This document shows, piece after piece, positions 36,261 to 38,383 of a stretch of DNA of 38,383 bases. Where the stretch lies: NCBI GenBank assembly GCA_045589215.1, contig JAZNOQ010000028.1, positions 1 to 38,383 of the forward strand, read 5' to 3'. The notes beneath the pieces were generated by a model. That model worked only from the letters and a program-made list of their open reading frames with translations, did no database searches and was not told the origin of the DNA. Within the stretch, counting starts at the first letter, position 1. Every line of letters begins with the position of its first letter. A program made the position numbers and the translations under genes. This DNA is from Eubacteriales bacterium (lineage in GTDB: Bacteria; Bacillota; Clostridia; Oscillospirales; CAG-272).

Positions 36261-37130
36261 TTATTGAGCTGCTTCCGATCTCAACGCTTTATACGGAGTT
36301 GTGCCCGTAAATAAACGATATACTTTTATAAAATACGATATGCTGTTATATCCACAGGCGATCGCTGCTTCACTTATCGAACAATCTTTTAAGAAAAGCA
36401 ACTGTTCGGCTTTGCTGATTCTCGTTCGGTTCAGATAATTCTTAAACGTCATACCCGTCACCTTTTTGAAGCTTCTCGAAAAGTGGCTGTAACTCATTCC
36501 ATAGCTTTTTGCGAGCTCTTTTTCGTCGATATCCTCGGCAAATCTTTCTTGAACGTAGTTCATCACCGAGTATATCAGATATGAGGTTTGGTCGTTTATT
36601 AACGGCTCGCTTTGAGTGTCATGTCTAAGTATAGTCAGCAAAAGCTCCATTACCTTCAGTTTTATAGCCACCTCGGAAGCATACTTTCCCTGCGTGAATT
36701 CATTTACAAGAGTGTCAAGCACACGCTTTATCTCGCTTTCATTGAGTTCTTCTTTGTGCCAAAGGAACTTGCTTTCCCGACGGTTGAGCGCAAAGCGCAT
36801 TGCATACTCCGCCCCCGCATCACGCTCTGCTAAGCTTATAAAAAACGATGGGGGAATTTTGATGACGTAGTAGCTATTCTGTGTGCTTTCGCCTGTTACA
36901 ACGTGATGGATAGCCCCGGAGCAAAAAAGGATAAGATCTCCTTCTCCTATCTCATAGCACGTGTCGTCTAAGGTTACTGTATAGCTTCCTTCCTTGATAT
37001 AAAGAAGCTCGACGGCTTTATGTATGTGTGCATAGCACGCAGTTGTATTTTTCGAATTGTTCTGCACAAAGAATTCTATTTCCTGTCCTGCCACCCTTGG
37101 CGCTTCAATCTTTATATCGCTTCTTTTCAT
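36261..37130 (-). CDS. AraC-family regulator with cupin sensing domain
   Basis: AHIHKAVE...HHV cupin motif; SYSHFSRSFKKVTGMTF, GYNSISYF HTH; RBS GAGG before ATG 37130. Confidence 0.9.
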   Translation of the reverse strand: MKRSDIKIEAPRVAGQEIEFFVQNNSKNTTACYAHIHKAVELLYIKEGSYTVTLDDTCYEIGEGDLILFCSGAIHHVVTGESTQNSYYVIKIPPSFFISLAERDAGAEYAMRFALNRRESKFLWHKEELNESEIKRVLDTLVNEFTQGKYASEVAIKLKVMELLLTILRHDTQSEPLINDQTSYLIYSVMNYVQERFAEDIDEKELAKSYGMSYSHFSRSFKKVTGMTFKNYLNRTRISKAEQLLFLKDCSISEAAIACGYNSISYFIKVYRLFTGTTPYKALRSEAAQ

Positions 37131-37263
37131 AATAACCTCAAAAAACAAATTTGTTATATTTTTTGACAATTCTATTATAGCATTCTTTTTATTCTTTGTC
37201 TATAATAAAATTAAAGCTTTTGTTGAAAAACAAGCAATTTCAAAAACGGAGGTAGTAATTGTA

Positions 37264-38349
37264 ATGGATAGGACAGTAACTGTAGGTATCATAGGCTGCG
37301 GAGGTATTGCAAACGGCAAGCATATGCCATCGCTTTCAAAATTGCCTAATGTAAGGATGGTAGCGTTTTGTGATATTATTCTCGAGCGTGCGGAAAAGGC
37401 TAAGGAAAAGTACGGGACTCCGGACGCTAAGGTCTACACCGATTATAAAGAGCTTTTAGAGGACAAAGATATAGAGGTAGTTCACGTGCTTACTCCCAAC
37501 CGCGAGCACGCTGATATTACTGTTGACGCCCTTTATGCCGGCAAGCACGTTATGTGCGAGAAGCCCATGGCAAAAACGGCAGCAGATGCAAGAAGGATGT
37601 GTGAGGCGGCAAAGGCTACAGGAAAGAAGCTAACCATTGGATATCAGCACAGACAGAAGCCCGAGAGCATTTATGCAAAGCAATACATAGATTCGGGGGC
37701 GCTTGGGGAGATCTATTACGCAAACTGTCTTGCCATTCGCCGCAGAGGAACTCCTAATTGGGGTGTATTTCTTGATGAGGAAGCACAGGGCGGCGGTCCG
37801 ATCATTGACATTGCTACCCACAGTCTTGATCTGACCCTTTACCTTATGAATAATTACGAGCCGGAAATGGTTGTTGGACGGACTCATAAGAAGCTTGAGC
37901 ATCCTGAAGCAGGAAACATCTGGGGCGACAACGGTGTCAGCACCACACCTCTTGAAGAGTCGGCATGCGCGTTTATCCGTATGAAAAACGGGGCTACTAT
38001 TATGCTAGAAACAAGCTGGGCACTCAACACCTGCGAGCCTATACAAGAGGGTAGCTGTGTGCTTTGCGGCAGCCGCGAAGGACTTCAAATCAAGAATAAC
38101 GTCCTTAAGGTAAACAAGATCGAGTTCGACCGTCAGACCGAAACTACCGTAAACACCAAGGCGGGCGGAGTAGCGTTTTACAGCGGCGCATCGGGTACTC
38201 CTCAGGAAGTAGAAGCTGCAAACTGGATAAAGGCTATCGTAAACGATACCGATCCTGTTGTTCTGCCCGAGCAGGCTCTCGTAGTTTCCGAGATACTTGA
38301 GGCTATATATGAATCGTCTAAGACGGGAAAGCCGGTGTATTTCAAATGA
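37264..38349 (+). CDS. Gfo/Idh/MocA-family NAD(P) oxidoreductase
   Basis: VGIIGCGGIA, VLTPN, GKHVMCEKP, GGGPIIDIATH; RBS GGAGG. Confidence 0.92.
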   Translation: MDRTVTVGIIGCGGIANGKHMPSLSKLPNVRMVAFCDIILERAEKAKEKYGTPDAKVYTDYKELLEDKDIEVVHVLTPNREHADITVDALYAGKHVMCEKPMAKTAADARRMCEAAKATGKKLTIGYQHRQKPESIYAKQYIDSGALGEIYYANCLAIRRRGTPNWGVFLDEEAQGGGPIIDIATHSLDLTLYLMNNYEPEMVVGRTHKKLEHPEAGNIWGDNGVSTTPLEESACAFIRMKNGATIMLETSWALNTCEPIQEGSCVLCGSREGLQIKNNVLKVNKIEFDRQTETTVNTKAGGVAFYSGASGTPQEVEAANWIKAIVNDTDPVVLPEQALVVSEILEAIYESSKTGKPVYFK

Positions 38350-38383
38350 AGATAGCTATATTCGGAGTATGGCATGTCCATGC
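38346..38383 (+). CDS. Start of next gene (MKIAIFGVWHVH...), probably a second Gfo/Idh/MocA oxidoreductase; truncated by window edge
   Basis: ATGA overlap with the previous stop; Rossmann-like N-terminus with WHVH. Confidence 0.55.
   Translation, partial: MKIAIFGVWHVH

Overview
A 38.4-kb chromosomal segment of an anaerobic Clostridia-like (Bacillota) bacterium, about 55% GC by eye, with sigma-A promoters and GGAG/AAAGG ribosome-binding sites (RBSs). The first ~210 nt are an antisense internal secA fragment joined through a 6-nt microhomology to a 5'-truncated iorA, most likely an assembly chimera. After it come: (1) an iorAB-paaK-ACT-aminotransferase aryl-acid/aromatic amino acid operon; (2) an HtrA-like lipoprotein protease; (3) a minus-strand operon with a FecCD/BtuCDF-type ABC importer and a complete class I chelatase triad (ChlH/CobN-like, ChlI-like, ChlD-like), which has no tetrapyrrole-biosynthesis neighbours and sits behind a consensus promoter and a ~200-nt structured leader I cannot assign to a known riboswitch. 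This is the best candidate for an undescribed system, possibly tetrapyrrole import with metal removal or exchange. (4) A four-gene glycan-modification cassette (GT2, pyruvyltransferase, flippase, FrhB-like Fe-S protein); (5) an HssRS-like two-component system followed by 11-bp-phased repeats and a DAGK-family gene; (6) a GNAT, rpsU (missed by the ORF track), AraC/GH4 melA, an Ldh_2-family dehydrogenase and hpt; (7) GH78, SGNH, a lipoprotein amidase with a 42-bp-repeat coiled-coil stalk, and a DUF6259-like putative glycosidase; (8) tRNA-Gln(CUG), then an AT-richer block with AraC and tandem Gfo/Idh/MocA oxidoreductases. All family calls come from motif recognition by eye; no searches were run.
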